DNA of 64,000 nt. It comes from Anaeramoeba ignava BMAN (lineage: Eukaryota; Protista; Anaeramoebae). Positions 24,398 to 38,879 of the stretch are shown piece by piece. The stretch is from NCBI GenBank assembly GCA_028826165.1, contig JAPDFW010000075.1, forward strand, positions 248,001-312,000, in the 5' to 3' direction. The translations under genes were made by a program, and so were the position numbers. The notes beneath the pieces are model-generated. The model had not been told where the DNA came from. It made no database searches and saw only the letters and a program-made list of their open reading frames with translations. Position 1 is the first letter of the stretch; each line of letters starts with the position of its first letter.

Positions 24398-27300
24398 ATG
24401 GAAAAACAACAAAAAAAATTATTAAAATTAAGACAAAAACAAAAAAAAAAGCTTATGAAATTAAAAGCGAAAAAAGAAAAACAAGAAAAGAAAAAACAGC
24501 AAAAAAATCCAAATCCAGAACAGACACAACAACCATCAATTCAATCACCACAAAAACAACAAGTGGTTGAAAAAAAATATTTTCATTGGATATTTGTTAA
24601 ACTTTGTGATGCTTATATTTCTCTTAAATCTCAAAATGTTTTTGCAATTTTGTCAATAAAAGGAACTCAAATGAAAAAATCTCGTTCTATTCAAATTAAA
24701 GATGGTTCAGTGACTTGGGATCAAGTAAGTTTTTTGATTTAACCAATATTCACGATTCAAATTAAAATTCATTTATAAAATCAAAATCAAAATTTAAATT
24801 GAAATGAAAATCAAAATCAAAATCAAAATCAAAATCAAAATTAAAATCAAAATTAAAATTAAAATTAAAATCAAAATTAAAATCAAAATTAAAATTAAAA
24901 TTAAAATTAAAATTCAAAATTAAAATCAAAATCAAAAATCAAAATCAAAATCAAAATTAAAATTAAAATTAAAATCAAAAATTAAAATTAAAATCAAAAT
25001 TAAAATTTAAATCAAAATTAATAGGTTTTCAATTTTGGATTGATTAATTTAAATAGAACTGTTAATATAGAAATTTATCAAAAAGATACAGAAAAGTATT
25101 TTTGTTCTTTCAATTTCTAAAAAAATAAAAAATATATAAATAATTAATTTAAATTCAAAAATTAAATTTCAATTTAAAATCAAAAAGTGAATCAATTATT
25201 GGTTCAACTGAAATTTCACTTATTGATCTAAAAGAAAATTCATTAGTAAATAAACAAATTGAATTCACAAATTTGGATGGATATTTTAAATTAAACATTT
25301 TTTATAAGAAATTTCTTAAAACACAATCACTTAAAGTAAAAATTAAAAAAATATTAAAAAAATAACAAGATTTGGATTATGATTTTTTTTATTCAAAAAA
25401 TTTAGGAAGTTGAATCATTATTAAAAAATGAACCAATATTTCCTGAAAACAAAACCAAAACAGAATCAAAAACAGAATCAAAAACAGAATCAAAAACAGA
25501 ATCAAAAACAGAATCAAAAACAGAATCAAAAACAGAATCAAAAACAGAATCAAAAACAGAATCAAAAACAAAATCAAATCAAAAACCTAAAAAAGAATCA
25601 AAAACAGATTCAAAAACAAAACCAAAAACAGAATCAAAAAAAGATTCAAAAACAGAATCAAAAAAAGATTCAAAAACAGAATCAAAAACAGATTCAAAAA
25701 CAGAATCAAATCAAAAACCTAAAAAAGAATCAAAAACAAAACCAAAAACAGAATCAAAAAAAGATTCAAAAACAGATTCAAAAAAAGATTCAAAAAAAGA
25801 TTCAAAAAAAGATTCAAAAAAAGATTCAAAAAGAATCAAAAACAAAATTCAAAAAGAAAACAAAACCTAAAAAGATTCAAAAACAGATTCAAAAACAAAT
25901 CAAATAAAACCTAAAAAGAATCAAAAACAGATTCAAAAAGATTCAAAAACAGAATCAAAAACAGATACAAAAAAAGATTCAAAAAAAGATTCAAAAAAAG
26001 ATTCAAAAAAAGATTCAAAAACAGAATCAAAAACAAAATCAAAAACAAAACCAAAAACAGAATCAAAAACAGAATCAAAAACAGAATCAAAAACAGATTC
26101 AAAAAAAGATTCAAAAAAAGATTCAAAAACAGAATCAAATCAAAAACCTAAAAAAGAATCAAAAACAAAACCAAAAACAGAATCAAAAACAGATTCAAAA
26201 ACAGATTCAAAAAAAGATTCAAATCAAAAACCTAAAAAAGATTCAAAAAAAGATTCAAAAACAGATTCAAAAAAAGAATCTAAAGATAATCAAAAACAAA
26301 ATTCAAAATCACCAAATAATCAAAAAGAAATCACAAATGAAAGTTATTCAGAAAGAACAGAAACAGAAACAGAATCGGAAATTTTTTCAGATTCTTTGCA
26401 AAATGAAAATTTAAGGAAACAAAATAATTTAGAAACTAAAATTGAAAATTTTTCAAAACAAAATGATAGTTTAAGTCGAAAATTGAAGTTACAATTTGTT
26501 TATGGATTTAGAGGTTCAGAATCAAGACATAATATTTATTATATTAATAATGAAGAATTTGTTTATCATACTGCAAAAATTGGAATTATTTTTAATACAA
26601 CAAATCGAACACAAAAATTCTTTTTTGGACATTCTTCTCAAATTAGTTGGTAATTTTATATCAATTTTAAATCAATTTTATATCAATTTTATATTAATTT
26701 TAAATCAATTTTAAATCAATTTTATATCAATTTTATATCAATTTTATATCAATTTTAAATTAATTTTAAATCAATTTTATATCAATTTTAAATCAATTTT
26801 ATATCAATTTTATATCAATTTTATATCAATTTTATATCAATTTTAAATCAATTTTAAATTAATTTTATATCAATTTTATATCAATTTTAAATCAATTTTA
26901 TATCAATTTTATATCAATTTTATATCAATTTTATATCAATTTTAAATCAATTTTAAATTAATTTTATATTAATTTTAAATCAATTTTATATCAATTTTAA
27001 ATCAATTTTAAATTAATTTTATATTAATTTTATATCAATTTTAATATCAATTTTAAATCAATTTTAAATCAATTTTAAATCATTTTTATATCAAATTTAA
27101 ATCAATTTTAAATCAATTTTATATCAATTTTAAATCAATTTTAAATCAATTTTAAATCAATTTTAAATCAATTTTAAATTAATTTTAAATCAATTTTAAA
27201 TTAATTTTAAATCAATTTTAAATCGATTTTAAATCAAATTTAAATCAATTTTAAATCAATTTTATATCAATTTTATATCAATTTTATATCAATTTTAAAT

Positions 27301-30234
27301 CAATTTTATATCAATTTTATATTAATTTTAAATCAATTTTAAATTAATTTTAAATCAATTCTAAATCAATTTTATATCAATTTTATATTAATTTTAAATC
27401 AATTTTAAATCAATTTTAAATCAATTTTAAATCAATTTTAAATAGTATTGGTCTTCATCCTAATCATAAACTTGTTGCTACAGGACAAGAAGGAAAAGAA
27501 CCTTTAATTTGTATTTGGGATAGTCAAACACTTCAATTACATACAAGTTTTAAAGTTCCAAGTGCAAAAGGACTTAATTTAATAACATTTTCTTCTGATG
27601 GAAAAATTTTATTTTGTGTTTCAACAGATCCACAACATACAGTTTGGGTTTGGGATTGGGAAAATAAAAGTTTATTAGCTTCTGCACCAGGATATGATAA
27701 AAAGGTTAATTAATTTTTAATTTTTAATTTTTAATTTTTCCGATTTAAAAATTTTTTTCCGATTTTTAAATTTATTTAATTTAATTTAATTTAATTTAAT
27801 TTAATTTAATTTTTATAGATTCTTGCAATCGCAAGTCATCCAAAAGATCCTACACAATTTGTAACATGTGGAATTTCTCATATAAAATTTTGGAATTTTT
27901 CAAATTCAGTTCTTAATTCAGTTGAAGGGAATTTTGGAACAAAACAAAAAACAATGTTACTTTCAATTGCAATTACACAAAATAAAACTGTTTTAACAGG
28001 AACAAAAACAGGAGAGATTTTAGTTTGGTCTTATGATAACTATAAATTGATAAAATTTTACAGAGCTCATACAGTATATTTTAATATAAATCAAATATTT
28101 AATATTGAATATAAATCTAATATTGAAAATAAATCAAATATTTAATATAAATCTAATATTTAATATTTAATATTTATTATTTAATATAAATCAAATATTT
28201 AATATTTAATATAAATCAAATATTTAATATTTAATATAAATCTAATATTGAATATAAATCAAATATTGAATATAAATCAAATATTTAATATTGAATATAA
28301 ATCAAATATTTAATATTGAATATAAATCAAATATTTAATATTGAATATAAATCAAATATTTAATATTGAATATAAATCAAATATTTAATATTTAATATAA
28401 ATCAAATATTTAATATTGAATATAAATCAAATATTTAATATAAATCAAATATTAAATATTTAATATTTAAAATAAATCTAATATCTAATATTTAATATAA
28501 ATCAAATATTGAATATTTAATTTGAATATAAATCAAATATTTAATATAAATCTAATATTTAATATAAATCAAATATTTAATATAAATCAAATATTTAATA
28601 TTTAATATAAATCAAATATTGAATATAAATCAAATATTTAATATTTAATATTTAATATTTAATATTTAATATTTAATATTTAATATTTAATATTTAATAT
28701 TTAATATTGAATATAAATCAAATATTTAATATTTAATATTTAATATTTAATATTTAATATTGAATATTGAATATATAATATAAATCAAATATTTAAATTA
28801 TAATTTATTAGGGTGGTGGTTGTTCAGCTCTGAGTGCTTTACCTCATGGAAATTTTATTTCAGGAGGAAAAGATGGAAAAGCTATTATTTGGGATGAAAA
28901 AACATTTAAAGAATTAAATAAAATTGAAACTATGTTAGGAGGACAAATTCGAGCAATTAATGTATCTCCAAATGGAAAAAAGATTGTAAGCGGAACATTA
29001 AAGAATCAAATATGGGAATCCTCTATTGAATCAAAGAAATCAGAGTTATTGATTATGGTATTTATTATTTTTCTTTTTTTATTATAAATTAAATTAAAAT
29101 TAAAATTAAATTAAAAATTAATAAAATTAAAAAATTAAATTAAAATTAAATTAAAAATTAAATTAAAAATTAAATTAAAATTAAATTAAAATTAAATTAA
29201 AATCAAATTAATAAATTAAATTAAATTAAATTAAAAATCAAATTAATAAATTAAATTAAATTAAATTAAAATTAAATAATTAAAATAAATTAAAAATTTA
29301 ATTAATAAATAAAAATTAAATCAATTTAAAAAATTTTTATCCGATTTCAAAAATTAAAATTTATAAATTAAAAAATAAAAATTAAAAATTAAAAAATTTT
29401 TATCCGATTTCAAAAATTTATAAAAATAATTATAAAATTTTAAATTTTTCTAAAAAGTCACATGGAGATGAAGTATGGGGAGTTGCAACCCATCCAACAA
29501 AACCACAATTTGTTACAGCAAGTGATGATAGAACAATACTCTGTTGGGATGGAGAAAAAAACGAGATGAAATCAAGATTAAGCATCAACGGACAACCAAG
29601 AATTGTAATATATTCACCATCAGGAGAATACATTGGAGTTGGATTACGAGATGGAGAGTTTATAATTGTAACATCAGGAGACTTAAAACAAGTAGCAAAT
29701 CGAAAGGATATGGCAAGTCCAGTTTCTCAGATGGTTTTTTCTCCAGATAATAAACAACTTCTTATTGGATTTGAAGACGGAACTGTTGCTAATTATAAAT
29801 CGCAAACAAATTTCCGAAAAAGTTATGAAGTCAAAATTGAAGGATCAGTTAAAGCTTTAGATTTTTCAAAAGAAAATGATTATTTTCGAGTTTCAAATGG
29901 AAAACAATCTTATTTCTTCGCTTCAGATCGTGGAAAGCTTCTTTCTGATCATGAGAAAATCTCTTGGATATCTTATTCTTGTGATATTGTTGAGAAAATC
30001 CCTGATGTTGACAGCTTTGATTTTGCTCCAGGTTGTCTTATTCTTGCTCAAAAATCTTCTGCTATTCAAATTTCTAATTTTCCAAATGTTGATCCAAATG
30101 AATCTTCTCTTTATTTTGGTCATGGTTCAAAAGTTTCTAATCTTAAGTGTTTGCAGAAATCTTTTTTGATTTCTGTGGGAAGTAAGGATATGTCTATATT
30201 TAAATGGGATTTGATTCCTACTTATGATTTTTGA
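24398..30234 (+). CDS. EML/EMAP-like protein: C2-like domain, KTES/KKDS repeat linker, HELP motif and WD40 propellers; exons 24398-24724, 25025-25095, 25188-25335, 25406-26649, 27446-27704, 27819-28073, 28812-29057, 29458-30234
   Basis: HELP motif LKLQFVYGFRGSESRHNIYY..QKFFFGHS; WD repeats LHPNHKLVATGQ, FVTCGISHIKFW, SHGDEVWGVATHP, GHGSKVSN; seven GT-AG introns keep the frame. Confidence 0.85.
26650..27440. repeat. 11-bp intronic repeat ATCAATTTTA(A/T)
   Basis: Direct reading. Confidence 0.9.
28080..28800. repeat. Intronic repeat of AATATTT and AATATAAATCAAATATTT units
   Basis: Direct reading. Confidence 0.85.
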
Positions 30235-30259
30235 ATTGGTTGATTGATATTCTGAAACA

Positions 30260-31680
30260 AATAAATTTAATAATAAATTTAATAATAATTTTAATAATAA
30301 ATTTAATAATAAATTAATAATAATTTTATTAATAATTTTAATAATTTTAATAATAAATTTAATAATAAATTTAATAATAAATTTAATAATAAATTTAATA
30401 ATAATTTTAATAATAATTTTAATAATAAATTTAATAATAATTTTAATAATAAATTTAATAATAATTTTAATAATAATTTTAATAATAATTTTAATAATAA
30501 ATTTAATAATAATTTTAATAATAAATTTAATAATAATTTTAATAATAAATTTAATAATAATTTTAATAATAAATTTAATAATAATTTTAATAATAATTTT
30601 AATAATAATTTTAATAATAATTTTAATAATAAATTTAATAATAAATTTAAATAAAATCGGATAATAAATTTAATAATAATTTTAATAATAATTTTAATAA
30701 TAATTTTAATAATAATTTTAATAATAATTTTAATAATAAATTTAATAATAAATTTAATAATAATTTTAATAATAATTTTAATAATAAATTTAATAATAAT
30801 TTTAATAATTTTAATAATAATTTAATAATAATTTTAATAATAAATTTAATAATAAATTAATAATAAATTTAATAATAAATTAAATAATAAATTTAATAAT
30901 AAATTTAATAATAATTTTAATAATAATTTTAATAATAAATTTAATAATAATTTTTAATAATAATTTTAATAATAATTTTAATAATAATTTTAATAATAAT
31001 TTTAATAATAATTTTAATAATAAATTTAATAATAATTTTAATAATAATTTTAATAATAAATTTAATAATAAATTTAATAATAATTTTAATAATAAATTTA
31101 ATAATAAATTTAATAATAATTTTAATAATAATTTTAATAAATAATTTTAATAATAAATTTAATAATAATTTTAATAATAATTTTAAATAATAAATTTAAT
31201 AATAATTTTAATAATAATTTTAATAATAATTTAATAATAAATTTTAATAATAATTTTAATAATAATTTTAATAATAATTTTAATAATAATTTAATAATAA
31301 ATTTTAATAATAATTTTAAATAATAATTTTAATAATAATTTTAATAATAATTTTAATAATAATTTTAAATAATAAATTTAATAATAAATTTAATAATAAT
31401 TTTAATAATAAATTTAATAATAAATTTAATAATAATTTTAATAATAATTTTAATAATAAATTTAATAATAATTTTAATAATAAATTTAATAATAAATTTA
31501 ATAATAAATTTAATAATAATTTTAATATTAAATTTAATAATAATTTTAATAATAAATTTAATAATAAATTTAATAATAAATTTTAATAATAAATTTATAA
31601 TATTTTTAATAATAAATTTAATAATAATTTAAATAATAATTTTAATAATAAATTTAATAATAATTTTAATAATAAATTTT
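30260..31680. repeat. 12-bp repeat AATAATAA(T/A)TTT between convergent genes
   Basis: Direct reading. Confidence 0.9.
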
Positions 31681-31739
31681 AAATAAAAATCGGATAAAAA
31701 TTGTTTTTGTTTTTTTATTTTCATTTTTGATTTTGAAAA

Positions 31740-32176
31740 TTAAATATAAATTTCAATTCTTGGTTTAAAAACTGAATCCTTTTTTTCAGTTGAAACTTGA
31801 TGTTTTTCAAGAGATTTTCCATCATTTTTTTCTTCAACATCTGTAGCTTGAGCATTCCAAGAATTAATTTCTTTTCCACTTTTTAAATAATCAATAAGTT
31901 CTTGAACTTTTGAATCTTCACCAGATAAAGTAAGAGAAACTGTTCCATCAAATAAATTTGTTGCACCTGCTTTTAAACCTCTATTTATTGCAGCATTAAC
32001 AATAGTTTGTCTAAAAAAAACACCTTGAACATTTCCTTTAAATTTTTTAATTGAAATTTTTAATTGAAATTTTTAATTGATTTTTTAATTTAAATTTTTA
32101 ATTGAAATTTTTAATTATAATTTTTAATTTGAATTAAAAAACCTGAAATAATAAAATATCTTATAACAGAAGTCAT
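31740..32176 (-). CDS. Acylphosphatase, 109 aa; exons 32176-32143, 32035-31740 (missed by ORF track)
   Basis: Spliced MTSVIRYFIISG-NVQGVFFRQT..AGATNLFDGTVSLLLSG; GxVQGVxFR catalytic loop and conserved Asn. Confidence 0.85.
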
Positions 32177-32392
32177 TTTTTTTTTAAAAAAGAAGAAGCA
32201 AAAAAAAATGATTTTTTTTTTAATTTGGAAAATATTTTTTAAATTATTTTATTATATTTAATATTATTTTAAATATATATAAATAAATATTTAAATATTA
32301 TTTTAAATTTAAAAAAAAATTAAAAAGAAAAAATTTTTTTTTAATTTTTTTTTTTTCATTTTTTTTTCATTTAATTTGATTTAAAAAAGTAA

Positions 32393-35300
32393 ATGGATTC
32401 AATAAAAGAAAAAGAAAAAGAAATAAAAAAGATTTGTAAATGGATTTCTTTAGTAATTGATAAAAATTTTCAACCAAATCTACAGTTACAAAGTTTTTTG
32501 AAATACATACTTTTATTAATAGAAACAATACAAGAAAAAGAAATTGATTTATCAAATTTGTTTGTTCTCCTTTTTTTTTTAATTTAATTTAAATTTTATT
32601 AATTTTATTTTAAATTAATTTTTTTATTTATTTTTTTATATTAAAGTCCGTTAGATAATAAAGAAAAAATGATTCAAATTATTAACGAAACTTCTCAAAA
32701 TTATGGAATACAAGAACAATTCTTTATCGATTCAGAAAAAATAAATGAATCAAATAAAATGGAAAATTTCAAACCATTAATTCTTCAATTTGCAATAATT
32801 GCCAAAAAAAACAACTTCAAACATCAACTTAATTTAAAAGAAAATGAAAATGAAAATGAAAATGAAAATGAAAATCAAATTGAAAAAATTAATATGAATG
32901 ATGAATGGAAAGCAAAAGATGAAGAATTAGACAATTTACTGTTTCAAACAGCGTTAAATGATCAATCAAAAACAAACCAAATTTTTCAAAACGGAAAAGA
33001 TCATCAAAAAATGATTGAAGGAGTTGATGAAAAAGAAACATGGAAACTAGAAGACGATTTTGCAAATCAATTCTATTCAACACAAACACCAACTCCTAAA
33101 CCAGAATCAATGTCTCTTGGCAATACAGAGACACCCAGAAATGAATACAGTGAAATGGAGTATAAAATATATCAAAATGCACAAAGAAATTTTGCAAACT
33201 CAAAAGCTTCCTTTAATATTTCGGTTGTGAACCAAATGGATCAGACAAGAAAGGAGGCAATTCTTTCATTGAAACAGAACAAGTTTCTTGTCACAATCCC
33301 GCCAAGAAATAAAATAGGAAGCAAATTTTTTGGACCTCATTCAATTAATATTGAAAAAATTCAAGGCGATCAAGATCATCTTCTCAAATTATATCTTGAA
33401 AAAAATCAACATGTAATTATTCAAGCGCTTGATTTTCATCAGCAATTAGAAATTCTCAAAACTTTCCAATTGTTCCAATTTTATAATTATTCATCTTCAA
33501 TTTTCCAAATTTATGCTTCAATTCTCGGTGAAAAAATGGAGAAAGAAGCCCTTGTTATGAAATTCACTCAACAAAATTCCGCACAATTTGAAATACAATT
33601 CCAGACAGTTTCAACAGGTGTTGTTGTCGGTAATTTACTGATGCAAAACGGCAACGCAAAGATCATCAACTTCGAAAAAAACATCAATATTTCATTCGCA
33701 CTTTCTTTGAAAGATCCAGTGATTCTAATGAGTAAGAAAAATGAACTGAAAATGCGTCTTTCGTTCCAAGACAGAAACAACCAGCCTGTTGATATTTACT
33801 GTCTCACAAGAACTCAGCGCGATTTGTTAATCGAGTGTTTTGATCATTTTAAGAAAAACATTGAATTTTCACAGAATGAAAATTTTTCGTTCCAAAATTT
33901 AACCTCAATTCCCGAGACACAGATAACTCCACAAAAAAGCTTCAGCATCATTTCTATGGCATCTCCACAGCATTTAATGACTGGAAGCTTCCGCACAACA
34001 TCAAGCTTCTCAAACGCATTTCTTAGATCGAATCTCAACATTGAACAATTTTCACAAATTTCAAATGAACCCAATTTATCGTTTGAAAAAATAAATGAAC
34101 AAATAACGGAAAAACCGTCAGTTAAACCAACAGATCTCATCTCAAATCGCTACGAGCTTGAGCGACATTTCACTCAATTTTACACATACACACACTTCAC
34201 AAAAAATGGTGAAGGCATGATTATCCAGAAGAAAACACATTTGCCTCTTTCAGATGATTCTGCATGGAAATCGCCTGTTTTACAAACAGAAAATTTATTC
34301 CAAAAAAAAATTATTGAAAAAAAAACTCATCGCAATTTACTTCGAAAAAGTGCTAAATTTAAGATCAAGGTTGTTGGCGAACAAAGCTATCCTGCGACAA
34401 TCAAAATCAGCGAGAGCGCTTTGATCTTTTATGCAGGAAAAGACAGAGAATCACAAAGCAAAGTGCTCGAGATTGCATATGATGATGAACACTTCTTTCT
34501 CGACACAACTTGTCTCAATAGAGTCTTGCTCAGATATAAATCATCCTTCATTCTTTTTCTCATGAAAAGCGCGCTTGAAAGGGATGTTTTCATGAACACT
34601 TATCTCATCATGTCGAACAAGAAATTTGTGCGCGAACTTGTCAACTTAAAAAAGATCCAAAACCCAAATTTTGTTCTTGTCGGAACAACAACAATCACAG
34701 ATTTTAATGCAATCAATAATTCCTTTGGAGAGGAAACGGACGAGGAAGAAGCAGCACCTTCCCAATATGAATACAAAAAGAATTCCAAAGCATTGAAGGA
34801 TTTTTGGAAGGACGCATTTAGCCACAAATCGTATCTACTCGAATCAAATATCACAAAATATTCTTATGATGTTTATGATTCCTTGATGAACGTCGCTTCA
34901 AAAGTTCATATTATTCTTGAAAACACCCATTTCACAATCCAGATCAACAAAACACTTATCAAACGAAGATACAGTCAGTATTCCATGCTTGTTGATACAG
35001 AAGAAAACCAACTTAATTGCCGTTTTGATTTGGATGAAAAAAACTACATTTTCCTCAAATTCAATAATTATGAAGAAAAATTGGGGTTTTCTTTAGATCT
35101 CGAAAACAAAAAACGCAAATCCGCAAGTTTTTTCAGAATATGGTCATCAAGAATTCCGCAAAGCATCTCTCAGGATTGTTACATCTACATTTCAGGAGGA
35201 AAATTTCCTGCGCGGATTGCATTGGAATTCGATCGATTGATGATATATTATCATAAATACGAAACCAAATCGCAAGAAATCGAAATCCAAAAAACGGTTC

Positions 35301-38300
35301 ATTTTGCCGATCAAGAGGAGCAAGATGAAGAAGTACTTCTTCTTACATACACTCCATCAATGAGCATCAAGATCAGTCAGAAACACAAAGAGGTTGCCTA
35401 TCTGAAACTTGGATTCGGACTATTTGTGATGTTGAAACTTGAGTCGCCCGAAGAATCATTTGAGCTTCGCTCGGAATTCAAGAAGATCAGAGACAACTAT
35501 CTCTCATACCCCATTCGCGAAAAACGCTGCACAAATAACATCAGTCAAATGAAGTGCAGATACACTGTTACTTTAGTTGATGAGGAGACAAAAAACTCTG
35601 AAAAGAAGGAGATCAAACTCATCCCAAATTTCCTGCTTATTCCCGAAAAAAACAACCTTTTCAAAAGACTCAAACTCCGCAATCTTCACGCTGTAATACC
35701 TCAAACAAGCATTGATACGCTCATCCTTGAAATGAGACCTTCGTTCGGAAAATATCGTCTCAAATTAATTTTCCAAGAAACTGAAGATCGAGCACAATTT
35801 GTCGAAAATATGAGTTTATTCACCTCTCGAACACAATTCCAAAAGCTTCTTGATGATACACTTTTTGAACATCACATATTCCCAATTTCGTTTATCGAGA
35901 AGAACTCAAAATTCAGTTATCAGGCCACTCTTATTCTTAATGAAAAGAACCACGATCTCACGTTCCAATGGCCAAATTCCATTTTCAAGAAAGTTTTTGA
36001 TTTGGATCAATTTGAAGTTTTCGTCGATTATCAAGACTCTTGCAATCTCCACCTCATTTCAGAAGAGCAGAAATACCTGATTATCTTCCAGAATCAACAA
36101 CACCGAATTGACTTTGTGCGGTTGTTCCAGAAACAGAAGCTTTTGGGTGATAAGAAATCCGAAATCGAAGACGATCAACTAGAAACCTCAAGAGATGCCT
36201 CGCTTGATTTGAGATCAAATCTCAGTTTCCGTTATCCCAAATTCGCAATTCGTTCGTTTCATCAGAGCAAACAGGAAAAGGCTTCTCCAAACTTCTTGCA
36301 AATTCCTGACTCTCAACTTCCTCAATATGATTTTACTGTCAAACTTTATGATCCAAAAACTCAAAAGTCATCCTCTTCATCTTTTAATTTCTCAATTCAG
36401 GGCACAAAAATCACTATTGCCGAATCCCCTCAAAAATTCAAGTCCATTCGTCTTTCAAAAGATTTTCATGCAAAGTCTCCTTCTTCAGAATCACTAAACT
36501 TAGGAATTACCACAAAATCAAACACTTTGGATTTCATTTTTATGGATCTTCAAGAGAAACAAAAAGTTACAAAGCTTTTGAATCACGCTCGAAAGCTTCT
36601 CTCAATAAAATCCTTAAATGTTCAAGTTATTAATAATGATAATAATAAATCAACTAATATTCCAGGAACACTTATTTTTGAAGACCAATTTATTCTTTTG
36701 AGATATTCCTCTCAAAAAATCGCAATCCCAATATACCAATCTGGAATTCAAATGAGCCAAGAAAATCCTGATGTTTTGGACATTTATATTCCAGAATCAG
36801 GAACCATTTCCATTATTCAAATTTTATCTGATAAAACCACAAAACAGGGTATCATCCAAAAATTCATTGATATGAAGGATACTTATTATGAGAATATCCA
36901 ACAAGATCCACAAAATTTTGTTTTTGAGATTCAAGAAATCCCACAAAATCCATCAAAACCAGATTTTAATAACAACAATAATAATAATAATGAAAATCAA
37001 AACGAACAAATTTCCTCATTTTTGGTTCAAGTCGCTTCAAATCGTTCTCAAAAACAATTTATTCCTGCAGATCTTTTTTTATCTAATTTTGCTATTTCAA
37101 TTAACTACAGGCAATTCCCTAATTTTAAATTCCAAAGAAGTTTATCTAGTTTTATTCAAGTTTTTGATGAAGTTAATTTTAAAAACAGAAATTTAATTAA
37201 ATTGATTTTTGATAAATTTATTCGTACAAGTTTTGTTATTAATTTTTCCAATCAATCCGATAAAACAAATTTCTTGAATTTACTTCTTCAATTATTAGGA
37301 ATTGAATATCAAAAGAATCCATCTAAATTTAAACAAGAAAAAAAACAAATTGAAAATGAAAAACAAAATGAAAATGAAAAACAAATTGAAAATGAAAAAC
37401 AAATTGAAAATGAAAAACAAATTGAAAATGAAAATGAAAAACAAAATGAAAATGAAAATGAAAATGAAAATGAAAATGAAAATGAAAATGAAAATGAAAA
37501 TGAAAATGAAAATGAAAATGAAAATGAAAATGAAAATGAAATTGAAAAATTAAATGAACTTGAAAAACAAATTCAAAAAAAAATTGAAATTGAAAAACAA
37601 ATTGAAATTGAAAAACAAAAACAAGTTGAAAAACAACAACAAAAACAAATTAAAGAAGATTCTAAAAATAGCTTTGAAGATAGTGAAAATGAAACTCAAA
37701 ATACATCAAAATCAAAATCAAAATCAAAATCAAAATCAAAATCAAAATCAAAATCAAAATCAAATTCAAATTCAAAATCAAAATCAGATTCAAATTTAGA
37801 TTCAGAAAAAGAAAGTGAAAAAGAAAGTGAAAAAGAAAGTGAAAAAGAAAGTGAAAAAGAAAGTGAAAAAGAAAGTGATAAAGAAAGTGATAAAGAAAGT
37901 GATAAAGAAAACATGAAACAAATTTTAAATCCAAAAATGAAAAAATCAAAATCAAAATCAAAATCAAAATCAGATTCAAAATCAAATTCAAAATCAAAAT
38001 CAAAATCAAATTCAAAATCAAAATCAAATTCAAAATCAAAATCAAAATCAAAATCAAAATCAAAATCAAAATCAAAATCAAAATCAAAATCAGATTCAGA
38101 AAAAGAAAAAGAAAATAAAAAGATTCTTATTCCAACAGACTCTTTTCTTGATAACGGAAACACAGAATATAACAATACACCACCTACACCACTTACACAA
38201 GAATTCAGTGTTACATTTGTTATAAACAAAAATAAAATACAAGGTTCAATTCAAGTTGATGATTTCGATTACACATGTTTATTTCAAAAAAAAGTGATAA

Positions 38301-38719
38301 AATTCTCAATTACAAATCCATCACTTAAAATAAAAACAATTGAAAATCAAATTTTCATCAGTTTGGGAAATACATCCCTTTTCTTTCAATTTGATGATCC
38401 AAATGATCAAAGTATTTTCATGGATTATTATAGAGTTGTTCGCCAAAGTTTACATCATGTTCAAATTCTTTCTGCTTCTGATCCTCAACTTCAAAAACAA
38501 AATTGTTTCATTCGATTTTTAAATGATATTTTAATTTTCTATCTTTCTTCTAAAAATCTTACTTATAAATTATCTCAATTTAAAGTTCAAAAATCAAAAC
38601 AAAAACCAATTCTTAAATTGATTTTTGATTCACAAAATTTTTTAGTTATTCGTTTTTCAAATCCTGATAAAATGAAAAGATTTACTAATGAATTTCAAGA
38701 AATAACTTCTAAAAAGTAA
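32393..38719 (+). CDS. ~2080-aa protein: calponin-homology-like N-terminus followed by many PH-like modules; exons 32393-32559, 32647-38719
   Basis: GTTTGT..AAG intron joins exon 1 in frame with the 2016-aa ORF; CH-like ICKWIS..NYGI..; repeated beta-strand plus amphipathic-helix modules. Domain calls are inference. Confidence 0.7.
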
Positions 38720-38879
38720 AATATTAAAATTCAAATTTCAATTATTCTTTTTTAATTTTTTCTTTTTAAAAAAAACCTTTCAAAAAAAATTCAAAAATCA
38801 AAAATTCAAAATTAAAAAATTCAAAATTAAAAAATTCAATCTTTTTTCTTTTTTCTTTTTTCTTTTTTCTTTTTAAAAA

